A stretch of DNA of 64,000 nucleotides from Acidobacteriota bacterium (GCA_965217775.1 CBDCJH010000002.1:1536001-1600000), one strand, 5' to 3'. Shown: positions 1-10,586, numbered from the stretch's first letter. Notes: generated from the letters alone by a model not told the origin. Numbers and translations are program-made.

Positions 1-143
1 ACCCGGGGTTGTCCGGGAGCGGGGGCTTTCTTGCTGCAAAACTCCTAACCTGGCATAGGCGGAACCAAAATTTCTGCGCCGGAGCGGCAGCTTTCCAGGC
101 GCCGACTTTTCATCTGGCCCCATCGTGCTCCGCTTTGGACCGA

Positions 144-171
144 AGAGGGCGCCCACAAGGGGCGCCCCTAC
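144..171 (-). repeat. GTAG-type REP-like palindrome (family A)
   Basis: AGAGGGCGCCCACAAGGGGCGCCCCTAC, identical to 3131-3158; reverse complement begins GTAG followed by a GC hairpin. Confidence 0.85.
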
Positions 172-322
172 CGAATATCTTCGTCTATTTGCACAAGAAT
201 TCTAGATTAAGGAACAAGAAAGGGCGGAGGAAGAATGGGGGACAAGAATGTCCCCCCTCCTACCGCTCATAGTAGACTGGGCGCCGCCGATACCGGCTGA
301 TTCAAAATTTGGGAGTACCAGC

Positions 323-1378
323 ATGAGCAAAAAGCACACCCTCCTCACCGCGTTGATCGGGCTCTTCGCGGCGGCCGTCATGGTCGCCGCCGTCATGCCG
401 CCCTCATCACACGCCAAGAAGTGGCAGGCGGGGAAGGGGTGGGGTTGGGTCTGGGGCAAGGACGACGAGGTGGGGGCGCTCAATGAAATGACTGATGCCT
501 CCCGGCTCGCCGCCCTGAAAATGGTCAGGGAGGGCAGGGTCTTCGATCTGGGACTGAGCTACGACCGGACATCCTACAAGTGGCCCGGCCACAGTCCGGG
601 GGAGATCATCATGTTCCGGTCTCCCGACGGCGTGAAGAGCCAGAAGGACATTCCGGGGGTGATCCAGGACAACCCGTCGTTGACCGCGTGGCACAGTTGC
701 GCGCTCTTCATCAACGACAACGTGGCGACCCAGATCGACGGGCTCGGCCACGCCACCCAGGGGAAGGACAACCACTGGTACAACGGCTTCAAGGAGTCGG
801 ACTCGGCGGGCGACTGGGGGATCCGCAAATGCGATGCCACCACCATTCCTCCCATCGTGGCCCGCGGGGTCATGATCGACGTCGCCGCCTACAAGGGTGT
901 GAAGGCGTTGCCCTCCAACTATGAGATCACTCCGGCGGACCTTCAGGGTGCGCTCAAGAAGCAGGGAACCACTATCCGGTTCGGAGACGTGGTTCTGGTC
1001 CGGACCGGGACGACCCAATTCTGGGGGACGGCCGGGTCGGATCACGAAACCATCGACCGGCACGACTCGGCCGGCATCAATCTGGACTCGGCCCGCTGGC
1101 TGGTGGAGGAGAAGGGAGCCATGATGGTCGGCGGGGACACCAGCGGCGTGGAATACAAGCCCACGGCGGCGGACAACAAGGCCTACCGCGATAAATATGG
1201 CTCATTCATGCCGGTCCACAACTACCTGCTCATCGAACAGGGAGTCCACATCGCGGAGTTTCACGTCTTGGAGGAGCTCTCTCGCAACCGCGTCTACGAG
1301 TTCACCTATGTCTGCACCGTGAACAAGATCCGGGGCACCGTGGCGGGGTTCGCCCTGCGCCCCATCGCCATCATCTGA
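323..1378 (+). CDS. Cyclase family (kynurenine formamidase-like) protein with signal peptide
   Basis: WG-DDEVGALN N-terminal motif, ATQIDGLGH, VLVRTG, VGGDTSGVE, VHNYLL-G-HIAE; ATG at 323 chosen after GGAG. Confidence 0.85.
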   Translation: MSKKHTLLTALIGLFAAAVMVAAVMPPSSHAKKWQAGKGWGWVWGKDDEVGALNEMTDASRLAALKMVREGRVFDLGLSYDRTSYKWPGHSPGEIIMFRSPDGVKSQKDIPGVIQDNPSLTAWHSCALFINDNVATQIDGLGHATQGKDNHWYNGFKESDSAGDWGIRKCDATTIPPIVARGVMIDVAAYKGVKALPSNYEITPADLQGALKKQGTTIRFGDVVLVRTGTTQFWGTAGSDHETIDRHDSAGINLDSARWLVEEKGAMMVGGDTSGVEYKPTAADNKAYRDKYGSFMPVHNYLLIEQGVHIAEFHVLEELSRNRVYEFTYVCTVNKIRGTVAGFALRPIAII

Positions 1379-1403
1379 GCCTTATCGGGACAAGGAGAAA
1401 GAA

Positions 1404-2981
1404 ATGAGACATCAAGCAACAACGTGGATCATCGGATGGGCTCTGATGCTGGCGGCCGGATCGGCCGCGTCGGGTGAGGGCGGGGGTGGGGGTCTCGCCG
1501 AAATCGGATCCCGGACTCAGCTTTTCGTGGACGACTACATGATTCAGCACCTGTCCCACGCCCGTCAGGTGCTCAATCCGGCCCAGAAGCACCCGAACAA
1601 TCCCCTCATCTCGGCCGACCGTCCGTGGGAGGGCCATTACCTCGGCCTCAGCCGCGTCTACTACAACGAGGAAGAGGGCGTGTTCAAGATGTGGTACCGG
1701 AGCAACAACGGTTTCAAGGTCAAGAAGGGCACCGCCATCACCGACTACAAGTGGACCGATAAGGGCGTGGTTCGCGAAAAGGTCTGGTCGGCGGAGAGCT
1801 ACGGCTTCGAAGGCAACTCCAACGGCGACGATTGGCTTCCCTGTTTCGCCACCTCACGGGACGGTGTGATCTGGGAGAAGCCCAGTCTCGGGAAGGTGGA
1901 ATTCAACGGCTCGACCCGCAACAACATCCTGCCCGAGGAGAGCCGGGTCCCCACCTTCCGGGACCCCAACGCCACCGATCCGAACAAGCGGTACGTCAAC
2001 CTCGGCACCCGTCGCGGCCCCTCCGGACAGCCGGGGTTCATGCTGGACCTGTACCACTCGCCCGACGGGTTCAACTGGACGCCCTACGAGAACAACCCGG
2101 TCCTGGACACCTCTCCGGTGCCGGGACGTTGGGGACCCACCGTGTTCATGGGATGGGATCCCATCCGCAAGGTGTACGCCGCCCACATCGAGAGCTGCAT
2201 CCACCGCGCGTGTCCGCTGGGGAAACGGCTCATCGGCCGGGCCGAGAGTCCCGACCTGATCAATTGGGGCCGGGACCAATTGATCGTCCTGCCCGACGAG
2301 CTGGACCCGCCCGACACCGAGTTCTACGCCATGGCTTCGTTCGACTACGACGGGATCTACCTGTCCATCATCGAGATCTTCCGGACCACCAACACCTGGC
2401 ATTACCCCGAGCTGGCCATGAGCCGCGACGGACTCCACTACGAGCGCAACTACCGGGAACCCTTCATCCGGCTGGGAGACTTCGGGGACTTCGACGAATC
2501 CACCGTCTACGTCTTCCAGGCTCCCATCGTCCACAAGGACAAGGTCCTGGTTTACTACTACGGCGGGAACTGGCGCGGCGCCGATGTGTTGCACGAGAAG
2601 GGTGACAAGGGCATCTTCGCCATCGGTCTGGCCACCGTGCCCCGGGACGGTTTCGTCTCGGTGGACGCCGGCAAGCTCCATCCCGGACGCCTGGTGACCC
2701 GGCCCTTCAGCTTCCAGGGAGGCGGCCTCTACGTGACCATGGAGGCGGCAAAGCACAACTGGGGCTCCGGCGTTCCCGATCTTCGGGTGGAGATCCTGGA
2801 CTCGAACCAGCGTCCGATTCCGGGCTTCACCATGGAGGACTCCGATCCGGTCCGGACCAGCGGCCGTCACCGCATGAGCTGGCAGGGAAGGAAAGACGTG
2901 GGAGGACTGGAGGGCACGGCCGTCCAGCTCAGGTTCCACTTCAAGAACACCAAGCTCTTCTCGTTCCAGTTCCAGCCCTAG
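1404..2981 (+). CDS. Secreted beta-propeller glycoside-hydrolase-like protein (GH32/GH43-like fold)
   Basis: Signal peptide; QLFVDDY; repeated Asp-box-like SxDGxxW motifs (SRDGVIW, SPDGFNW, SPDLINW); C-terminal RDGFVSV...LRF...LFSFQF. Confidence 0.65.
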   Translation: MRHQATTWIIGWALMLAAGSAASGEGGGGGLAEIGSRTQLFVDDYMIQHLSHARQVLNPAQKHPNNPLISADRPWEGHYLGLSRVYYNEEEGVFKMWYRSNNGFKVKKGTAITDYKWTDKGVVREKVWSAESYGFEGNSNGDDWLPCFATSRDGVIWEKPSLGKVEFNGSTRNNILPEESRVPTFRDPNATDPNKRYVNLGTRRGPSGQPGFMLDLYHSPDGFNWTPYENNPVLDTSPVPGRWGPTVFMGWDPIRKVYAAHIESCIHRACPLGKRLIGRAESPDLINWGRDQLIVLPDELDPPDTEFYAMASFDYDGIYLSIIEIFRTTNTWHYPELAMSRDGLHYERNYREPFIRLGDFGDFDESTVYVFQAPIVHKDKVLVYYYGGNWRGADVLHEKGDKGIFAIGLATVPRDGFVSVDAGKLHPGRLVTRPFSFQGGGLYVTMEAAKHNWGSGVPDLRVEILDSNQRPIPGFTMEDSDPVRTSGRHRMSWQGRKDVGGLEGTAVQLRFHFKNTKLFSFQFQP

Positions 2982-3158
2982 GAGCGGCGACCTTCTAGTC
3001 GCCGACGCCGGGCGGTTTTTCGTAGGGGCGACCCTTGTGGTCGCCCGCCGCAAGCCGGCAAAGCTGCTCCGCCGGTGGTTCCTGGGTTCCTGGCAAAGGG
3101 CTTGGTAGCGGTTTCGCCTGCAGCGACGAAAGAGGGCGCCCACAAGGGGCGCCCCTAC
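2981..3158. repeat. Composite REP cluster: one GGAG-type palindrome plus an inverted pair of GTAG-type REPs (REPIN/BIME-like)
   Basis: GGAGCGGCGACCTTCTAGTCGCCGA (2981-3005); GTAGGGGCGACCCTTGTGGTCGCCC (3022-3046); inverted copy at 3131-3158. Confidence 0.8.
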
Positions 3159-3192
3159 GGGTTTCTCTGACTCGGATGGCACGAACGGACGC

Positions 3193-6100
3193 ATGGCAAA
3201 GGATGCAAAGGCCGGTCTCAAGTTCCTGCTGATCGCCCAGTTCTTCGGAGCTTTCAACGACAACGCCTGGAAACTGATCGTCACCTTCCTGGCGATCAAG
3301 GCTTCGACGGCACACCTGACACCGGGAGGACCCGAGTACCAGTCCGCGGCGCAACTCCAGACCGCCATCGCCTTCTGCGTTCTGACCATTCCACTCATGG
3401 TCTTCTCGCTCCCGGCAGGCCTCGTGGCCGACCGGGTCAGCAAGAGGACCGTCATTATTGCCATGAAGCTGGCAGAGGTCCTGCTCATGGCAGCAGCCGC
3501 ACTCTCGCTCTACGCGGCGCCCGGCTCGACGCTGGCTCCGCTGCTGATTCTCGGGTTCATGGGCCTTCAGAGCGCCCTTTTCAGCCCCGCCAAGTACGGA
3601 ATCCTCCCCGAGATGTTGCCCCATGAGCGGCTCACCGCCGGGAACGCCCACCTGGAAACCTGGACCTTTCTGGCCATCATCCTGGGCACGGCCTCCGGCG
3701 GCCTGCTGCTGGATCTGTCGAGAGAGGCGGCCTGGCTTGCGGCGGCGGTCCTGGTTCCGGCGGCGGTGGTGGGGCTCCTCATCTCCTTGCGGCTTCCCGC
3801 GGTGCCGGCGGCCCGTTCCGAAGGAGACCTGGGAGAAACCATCCGCACGGCATGGCGAGCCATCCGTCAAGAGCGCGTTCTGGGACTGGCCGTAGCCGGG
3901 TCGGTCGTCTACTGGACCATCGCGAGTCTTCTGGGACAGGACATCCTGGTCTACGTCAAGTCGGTGTTGGGGCTTTCCGACACTCATGCGGGGGTCCCTC
4001 TGGCCCTGTTCGGGCTGGGAGTGGGCGGGGGCAGCTTGATCACCGCCCGCCTTTCCCGGGGCAAGGTCGAATACGGCGTGATCCCACTGGGCGCCATCCT
4101 GATGGCAGGGAACTGCCTGCTGTTGGCATGGGTCGTTCCTGGGTTCTACGGCCTGCTGGCTTTTTCGGCCGCCCTGGGCGTGGCCAGCGGCATGATCATC
4201 GTGCCGCTGAACTCCCTGCTTCAATGGCGGGCTCCGGCCCAGCATCGGGGTGCCGTCATCGCGCTGGCCAACGTCTGGATCTTTGCAGGCATAACGGTGG
4301 GATCCCTGGGAGCGGCAGGCCTGGCCGCGCTGGGGCTCTCCCCGGTCTCCATCCTGCTGGTGGCGGCATTGGCGCTCTCGGCGGGAATGTTCTGGGCGGT
4401 CTCCCTGCTTCCCGACGTGCTGCTGCGTCTGCTGCTGGTCCTGGCCACGCACTCCCTGTATCGGCTCCGGGTCGTGGGCCGGGAACAGGTCCCGGAAAAG
4501 GGAGGGGCGCTCCTGGTCCCCAATCACGTCTCCTTCATCGATTTCGTCCTGCTGCTCGCCGTGATCGACCGTCCGATCCGATTTATCGTTCATCGAGAAT
4601 ACTATGAACGTTTCTACTTCAAGCCCTTTATGAAGTCGTTGGGGTGTATTCCCATCTCCTCCTCGGAGGGTCCTCGGGAGATTCTGAGAGCACTGCGGAA
4701 CGCCGGGAAACGGCTGGACCAGGGTGAGCTGGTCTGTATCTTTCCGGAGGGTCAGATCAGCCGAACCGGCACTCTGCTGCCCTTCAACCGGGGCCTGGAG
4801 CGGATCGTGAGGAAGCGGCAGGCACCCATCATTCCCGTCTACCTGGACCAACTCTGGGGGAGCATCTTCAGTTACGAGCGAAACCGGTTCGTCTTCAAGA
4901 TTCCGCGGGAGATCCCCTACCAGGTCACTCTGGCCTTCGGCGCCCCGTTGCCTTCGAAAACCAACGTGGGAACGATCCGCCAAGCTGTCCAGGAGCTGTC
5001 CTGTGCCGCGTGGAACCGCCGTCAGGAGGGTGTTCGTCCCTTGCACCGGGCCTTCGTGCGCAGGGCCAGGACGCGTCCGCTGGCTCTCGCCTATGCCGAG
5101 GAAAGCCGGCCGCGTCTGAACCGCATCAAGGCCCTGACCGGAGCCGTGGCCCTTGCCCGGGCGCTGAAATCGGAATGGGCCGGACAGGAGAGAGTCGGGA
5201 TACTACTGCCACCCACCGTCGCTGCGGCCCTGATGAATCTGGCCTCGGCCCTGGCCTGCAGGGTGACCGTCAACCTGAACTACACCGCAGGCTGGCGCGG
5301 GATGGAGTCGGCCGTGGAACAAGCGGGTCTCAAGACCGTCGTCACCAGCCGCACGTTTCTGCAGAAGGCGGACCTGACCCCTCCCGGAAACGTCCGGCTC
5401 ATCTATCTGGAGGAGCTGGCCGAAGGCATCGGCGCCGGACTTCGAACCTCCAGCCTGGCGGCGGCTCTTCTGCTTCCCTCCCGCTGGTTGGAAAAGCTGT
5501 GCGGAGCCACCCGGGTCCCCGGCCCTCAGGACCTCATGACCATCATCTTCAGCAGCGGAAGCACGGGCAATCCCAAGGGGGTGATGCTGACCCAGTTCAA
5601 CCTGGATTCCAACATCGCCGCCGTCGATCAGGTGCTCCGGACGCAACCGGCGGACCGGGTCCTGGGCATCCTGCCCTTCTTCCATTCCTTCGGCTACATG
5701 GTCTTCTGGTTCGCGGCCAAGAAGGGGTTGGCTCTGCCCCTGCATCCCAATCCGCGGGACGGTCCGGCGGTCGGCCGGCTGGTGGAGCGCTACCGGGTGA
5801 GCATCATGCCGGCCACGCCGACCTTCCTTCGGACCTACATGCGTTTGTGCTCTCCAGGCCAACTCGGATCGGTGCGGTTGTTGTTGACCGGCGCGGAGAA
5901 GCTGCCGGAAAAGCTGGCAGCGGCCTTCCAGGAGCAATTCGGCCTGCGGCCGTTGGAGGGTTACGGGACCACAGAATGCGCGCCCGTAGTATCCGTGGGC
6001 GTCCCCGACTACCGGGCTCCCGGATTCTTCCAGGCCGGCTCGCGGCCGGGTCACGTGGGCCAGCCCCTGCCGGGCGTGGCGGTGCGGGTGGTGGACCCCG

Positions 6101-6300
6101 ACAGTTTCGAGCCCGTGCCGGTAGGGACTCCCGGCATGTTGCTGGTCAAGGGACCCAGCGTGATGCGGGGCTATCTGAGCCGCGACGACCTGACCCGGAA
6201 GGCGATCCGGGACGGCTGGTACGTGACCGGAGACATCGGCCTGATGAGCGAGGACGGTTTCGTGAAGATCACCGATCGGCACTCCCGGTTCAAGAGATGA
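3193..6300 (+). CDS. aas: Aas-type MFS / acyltransferase / acyl-ACP synthetase fusion, apparently C-terminally truncated
   Basis: MFS N-terminus (QFFGAFNDN, FSPAKYGILPE), PlsC motifs NHVSFID and IFPEG, AMP-binding motifs IFSSGSTGNPKG, EGYGTTE and GWYVTGD; ends abruptly at DRHSRFKR. Confidence 0.85.
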   Translation: MAKDAKAGLKFLLIAQFFGAFNDNAWKLIVTFLAIKASTAHLTPGGPEYQSAAQLQTAIAFCVLTIPLMVFSLPAGLVADRVSKRTVIIAMKLAEVLLMAAAALSLYAAPGSTLAPLLILGFMGLQSALFSPAKYGILPEMLPHERLTAGNAHLETWTFLAIILGTASGGLLLDLSREAAWLAAAVLVPAAVVGLLISLRLPAVPAARSEGDLGETIRTAWRAIRQERVLGLAVAGSVVYWTIASLLGQDILVYVKSVLGLSDTHAGVPLALFGLGVGGGSLITARLSRGKVEYGVIPLGAILMAGNCLLLAWVVPGFYGLLAFSAALGVASGMIIVPLNSLLQWRAPAQHRGAVIALANVWIFAGITVGSLGAAGLAALGLSPVSILLVAALALSAGMFWAVSLLPDVLLRLLLVLATHSLYRLRVVGREQVPEKGGALLVPNHVSFIDFVLLLAVIDRPIRFIVHREYYERFYFKPFMKSLGCIPISSSEGPREILRALRNAGKRLDQGELVCIFPEGQISRTGTLLPFNRGLERIVRKRQAPIIPVYLDQLWGSIFSYERNRFVFKIPREIPYQVTLAFGAPLPSKTNVGTIRQAVQELSCAAWNRRQEGVRPLHRAFVRRARTRPLALAYAEESRPRLNRIKALTGAVALARALKSEWAGQERVGILLPPTVAAALMNLASALACRVTVNLNYTAGWRGMESAVEQAGLKTVVTSRTFLQKADLTPPGNVRLIYLEELAEGIGAGLRTSSLAAALLLPSRWLEKLCGATRVPGPQDLMTIIFSSGSTGNPKGVMLTQFNLDSNIAAVDQVLRTQPADRVLGILPFFHSFGYMVFWFAAKKGLALPLHPNPRDGPAVGRLVERYRVSIMPATPTFLRTYMRLCSPGQLGSVRLLLTGAEKLPEKLAAAFQEQFGLRPLEGYGTTECAPVVSVGVPDYRAPGFFQAGSRPGHVGQPLPGVAVRVVDPDSFEPVPVGTPGMLLVKGPSVMRGYLSRDDLTRKAIRDGWYVTGDIGLMSEDGFVKITDRHSRFKR

Positions 6301-7603
6301 AGACGTAACGGGCGATGAAGACGACCGCCAGGACGTCGACCAGCCAATGCACTTCGTGGCCCTTCCCGCTCAGCCGCTTGATGATGGGATAGGAGATGAA
6401 ACCCAGAGCCAACCCGTCGGCGATGCTGAAGGTCAGCGGGATGGCGATCAGGGTGAGGAAGGCCGGCACCGCCTCCGAGACGTCGCTCCATCGGATCCGC
6501 GCGGCAGCGCCCATCATCAACACGCCTGTCACCACCAGCGCCGGGGCAGCGGCGAACGTGGGCACCGACTGAACCAACGGCGTCAGGAACAACGCGGCGG
6601 CGAACAGACCACTGACCACCACGCTGGAGAAACCGGTCCGGGCGCCGGAAGAGATGCCGGCGGCGCTCTCGATATAGGTGGTCACGGTCGAAGTGCCGAT
6701 GACGCTGCCGCAGACGGTTCCCACCGAGTCGGAAAGAAGCGCGCGGTTGGCCCGGGGCAGGCGTCCCCGCTCGTCCAGAAAACCGGATCGTTCCGACAAT
6801 CCCAATAGCGTCCCCATAGTGTCGAAGAGGTCGACGAAGAGCAGGGCAAGGATGATTTCGATGAAGGCCACGTTCAGGGTCTGGGGCAGGTGGCGAACCG
6901 CTTCACCGAAGAGATGAACGGGCCAGACCGGCATGCTGACCAAACCCGTGGGCCACGGCGTTGCGCCGAAGATCATGGCCAGCAGGGTCACGCCCATCAT
7001 GCCCAGCAGAATCGCGCCCCGTATTCCGCGCGCCATCATCACGCCGATCCCCAGCAGCCCCAACAGGGCCAGCCCGACGGACCAGGAACGCACGTCGCCC
7101 AGGCTGACCAGGGTGGCCGGATTGTCGACGATGAGGCCCGCGTTCTTCAGCCCGATGAAGGCAATAAAGAGACCGATTCCGGCCGCAACGGCTCGCTTCA
7201 GCGGGTCCGGTACCGCGTTGATGATCGCTTCGCGGACTCGCAAGACGGTCAACAGCAGAAACAGCAGACCCGACGCCAAGACCACGCCCAAGGCGAGTTT
7301 CCAGTCCACGCCCATGCCCAGGACGATGGAGTAGGCGAAAAATGCGTTGAGGCCCATTCCGGGCGCCAGGGCGAAGGGATAGTTGGCCAGGAGGCCCATC
7401 AGGAGCGTGGCGAGGGCGGCCGCCGCACAGGTGGCGAACAACAACTCGCCGAGCAGCTCCTTTCCCAGGGCGTCGGACAGGATGGCGGGATTCACGACGA
7501 CGATATAGGCCATGGTCATGAAGGTGGTCGCGCCGCCGGTGGCCTCGATCCGCCAGTTCGTGTTCTCCTCTTCGAATTTGAAGAATTCGGCTATCTTTTT
7601 CAT
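6290..7603 (-). CDS. NCS2/AzgA-family purine (guanine/hypoxanthine/adenine) permease
   Basis: TTFMTMAYIVVVNP, LAPGMGLNAFF, DLFDTMGTL, TTYIESAAG motifs; multiple TM segments. Confidence 0.92.
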   Translation of the reverse strand: MKKIAEFFKFEEENTNWRIEATGGATTFMTMAYIVVVNPAILSDALGKELLGELLFATCAAAALATLLMGLLANYPFALAPGMGLNAFFAYSIVLGMGVDWKLALGVVLASGLLFLLLTVLRVREAIINAVPDPLKRAVAAGIGLFIAFIGLKNAGLIVDNPATLVSLGDVRSWSVGLALLGLLGIGVMMARGIRGAILLGMMGVTLLAMIFGATPWPTGLVSMPVWPVHLFGEAVRHLPQTLNVAFIEIILALLFVDLFDTMGTLLGLSERSGFLDERGRLPRANRALLSDSVGTVCGSVIGTSTVTTYIESAAGISSGARTGFSSVVVSGLFAAALFLTPLVQSVPTFAAAPALVVTGVLMMGAAARIRWSDVSEAVPAFLTLIAIPLTFSIADGLALGFISYPIIKRLSGKGHEVHWLVDVLAVVFIARYVFIS

Positions 7604-7725
7604 TGGAGTGTTGTCTTAGATATTACAGGATATATATCTATGAAATAAGAGATATTTGATGGGATTACACCAGAATTTCCAAACTGGAGGGAGGGTTTTC
7701 CAAATTCTGTTATTTGAAAAGGGGA
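7604..7725 (-). promoter_or_regulatory. AT-rich upstream region of the NCS2 permease with a palindromic candidate operator
   Basis: Sharp AT-rich tract; TAGATAT-N10-ATATCTA at 7617-7640. Confidence 0.4.
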
Positions 7726-7757
7726 AGAAGAAGGGGACTGCAAGTCCCCTCTCCCGG

Positions 7758-10586
7758 CTAGTGATAACTGATGGAGACCGACTCCAGGACCGGTGAGTTT
7801 GCCGAACCGGGACTGAGGAGGCTGGCCTTGTACTGGATCCAACGGGTCCCCTCGCCGGGGTCCGGCAATTGGGAGCCGGACTGCTTGTAGTAGCTACCCG
7901 GGCCCTCCGGTCCGGTCCAGGTGGCCGACTCCAATCCCTCCCGGGTGGCAGCCCAGCGCACCTGGAATTCCAGGCCGGTGCGGAATGGGGTCTCCCCTTC
8001 CCAGGTGATGGTTCCGAAGCGCTCCACGGAACCGGCGTCGAATGGCGGAGAAACGTAGTCGTAGCGATGGCCCCGATCATAGGCATGACCCGGATCGGAG
8101 GCAAGATGGTGGGGTCCCAGGACCGGCAGGGAAGTCCGGCGCTCGGTGGAGAAACCCTCGGGGCCGCCCCAGTAGAGGAAGGCGTCGTTCCTGTGGTTCC
8201 CCTGCTTGGAGTGGCAGCCGAACAGGATGTCCACGTGGCCGTCCAGGTCGAAGTCGTTGGCGATGACCCCGGAAGCGGAGTTGCTGGGGATCTCCATCTT
8301 GCGGGAGGGATCGAAGCCGGAGGGACCGTTCCAATAGATTCTTGAGGGGTGGCTGCGCGTGTAACCGGCATGGTAACTGCTCAGGACCATGTCCAGGAAT
8401 CCGTTCCCGTTCAAGTCGGCCACGGCGGCGGCGGAGTTTCCCACCGAGGGCAGGATGGTCCGGTTCGATTCAGCGTAGCCTTGGGCACCGCCCCAATAGA
8501 TGAAGGTGTCTCCCTCCGCGGAGCCGCCGAAGGATCGGGACTTGCCTGGCTCCGGGTCCCGGTCGTAGAGGTTGCTGGCGATCACTTCCAGAAAGCCGTT
8601 CCCGTCCAGATCGGCCACCTCGACTCCGACCGAAACCCGGGAAGGCAAATCCGTCTTGCGGTCATTGTCGAATCCCAGCGGACTGTTCCAGTAGACCACC
8701 ACCTTGTTGAGGGTCCCGCTGAAGATCACATCGATCCAACCATCACGATTCAGGTCGCCGATGGTGTGCTCCCGGATGCTGCCGATCCGGAAGATGAAGC
8801 GGTTGTCGTTCGAGAATCCCTCCGGCCCGCCCCAGAAGAGGCTGGTGGCCTCGGTGCCCGGGCGCCACTGGGTGAAGGAGGCGTCCAGGTAACCGTCCCG
8901 GTTGAAGTCGGCGAGCCGGGAAGAAAAGCTGATCTCGGTCTCGAGGACGGTCCGATTGGACGCGGAGTACCCGGAAACCGACCCCCAGTAGATGGCCGGA
9001 CTCGGGCTCTTTCTGTAGATGGAGGGGAACAGGAGATCCACATGGCCGTCGCGGTTGATGTCCGCGCTGGAGCAGTATCCGTTGCCTGTGGGCAACAATT
9101 GTCGGCGAGCCGGCTCGAATCGCCCCTTGGGGCCGCCCCAGTAGATGTAAGCCGGGATGCCGTGGGTGGTGTCGGCGGCATGGACGAAGACGAGGTCCTT
9201 GCTGCCGTCTCCGTCCAGGTCTCCTGCCTGGACCCCGGTGGCCTCGTAAGTGGGCAACTCGGTCCGCCACTCGGTCGAGTAACCCTCCGGGCCGCCCCAA
9301 TAGACGTATGCCCGGGGATTCCTGTGTGTCGGCGAACCTTGCTGCGAGAAGACCACTTCGGGGTAGCCGTCCTCGTTCAGATCCTCCACCAGGCAACGGG
9401 TCGGCGACAGCGTGGGAATCAACGTCCGCCGATGGGAGCGATAGCCGTCGGACGATCCCCAGTAGATGAAGGACGCCAAACCGGATTTGTTGGCGAAGAC
9501 CAGATCGGGGTGGCCGTCCCGGTTCAGGTCTCCCGCCGCCACGTCCGAGGCCCCTACGGTGGGCAGAAACGTTCTGGAATCGGTCGAGTATCCATTGGCC
9601 GAACCCCAGTAGATGGACGAGGGCACGCTGACCGTGTCCACGATGTTGTACATGCCCATCTCCCGGGTCTTGAGCCGGTAGGCGTTGGCCAGGACGATCT
9701 CCGGGAAACCGTCGCCGTTCAGGTCGGCGACTTCGACTGCCGAGGACCGGTCACCGGGAAGCTGGACCGCCTCGCGGCGGGTGTAGTCTCCGTCCGCCGT
9801 GCCCCAGTAGAGGAGGGCGCCCCCCTCCGCGTCCGTATTCCCCTCGTTGGCGAAAACCAGGTCCAGGTGCCCGTCCCGGTCCAGGTCGGCCACCTCCACG
9901 TCCCGGCCGTTCACGGTCCTGAGCACTTGCCGCCGTTCGGCGGAGTAACCATCCGGCGACCCCCAATAGACGAAGGATTCATTGTGCGGGTCCACCGTCA
10001 CGTGGTAGTCCAATCCGCTGTTGGCGAAGACGATATCCGGGTGTCCGTCCCGGTTCAGATCCTCCACTGCCACCGTCCGGGCGCCCCGGGTGGGGAGGCC
10101 GCTGCGGCCGGCGGCCTGAGGTCCCCCCTTGGCGCCGCGGTAGATGAAAGATTCCAGGTCGGTGCGGGTTCCGTTGAAGTTGTTGGCCACGATCAACTCG
10201 GCGTTGCCGTCTCCGTCGAGATCGGCGATGGCGCCGTCATGTCCCCCGTTGGTGGGCAGCCGGCTCTGGCGTCGGGGCGAGTATCCCTCGCCTCCCCCCC
10301 AGTAGATGAAAAGGTCCGCCCGCTCGTGGGGATCGTGGTCATTGGGGAAAATGATGTCGACACGTCCGTCCTGATTCAGGTCTAGGAGCTTGATGAGGAC
10401 CACCTGACCTTGAGCGGTGACGTAGGTGTTGACGCCTCCGTCGCTGAAGCTCCCGTCGGCGAAATCGAGGAAGGAGGATGACGTCCAGGCCTTCTCCCCG
10501 GCCGCGAGAGGCGGAGCGGCCCAGATCAACGCCAGCACGGTCAACACTCGAACCGAAGCCGTTTGAATCGAGTTCCCAAGGATCAT
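7758..10586 (-). CDS. Secreted FG-GAP/VCBS repeat protein
   Basis: Many DLNxDGxxD(L/I)VF repeats alternating with YWG motifs; N-terminal signal peptide. Confidence 0.9.
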   Translation of the reverse strand: MILGNSIQTASVRVLTVLALIWAAPPLAAGEKAWTSSSFLDFADGSFSDGGVNTYVTAQGQVVLIKLLDLNQDGRVDIIFPNDHDPHERADLFIYWGGGEGYSPRRQSRLPTNGGHDGAIADLDGDGNAELIVANNFNGTRTDLESFIYRGAKGGPQAAGRSGLPTRGARTVAVEDLNRDGHPDIVFANSGLDYHVTVDPHNESFVYWGSPDGYSAERRQVLRTVNGRDVEVADLDRDGHLDLVFANEGNTDAEGGALLYWGTADGDYTRREAVQLPGDRSSAVEVADLNGDGFPEIVLANAYRLKTREMGMYNIVDTVSVPSSIYWGSANGYSTDSRTFLPTVGASDVAAGDLNRDGHPDLVFANKSGLASFIYWGSSDGYRSHRRTLIPTLSPTRCLVEDLNEDGYPEVVFSQQGSPTHRNPRAYVYWGGPEGYSTEWRTELPTYEATGVQAGDLDGDGSKDLVFVHAADTTHGIPAYIYWGGPKGRFEPARRQLLPTGNGYCSSADINRDGHVDLLFPSIYRKSPSPAIYWGSVSGYSASNRTVLETEISFSSRLADFNRDGYLDASFTQWRPGTEATSLFWGGPEGFSNDNRFIFRIGSIREHTIGDLNRDGWIDVIFSGTLNKVVVYWNSPLGFDNDRKTDLPSRVSVGVEVADLDGNGFLEVIASNLYDRDPEPGKSRSFGGSAEGDTFIYWGGAQGYAESNRTILPSVGNSAAAVADLNGNGFLDMVLSSYHAGYTRSHPSRIYWNGPSGFDPSRKMEIPSNSASGVIANDFDLDGHVDILFGCHSKQGNHRNDAFLYWGGPEGFSTERRTSLPVLGPHHLASDPGHAYDRGHRYDYVSPPFDAGSVERFGTITWEGETPFRTGLEFQVRWAATREGLESATWTGPEGPGSYYKQSGSQLPDPGEGTRWIQYKASLLSPGSANSPVLESVSISYH

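Noticed and set aside
7604-7730. Purine riboswitch upstream of the NCS2 permease
   Set aside because: The conserved core elements of the purine aptamer were not found on the coding strand.
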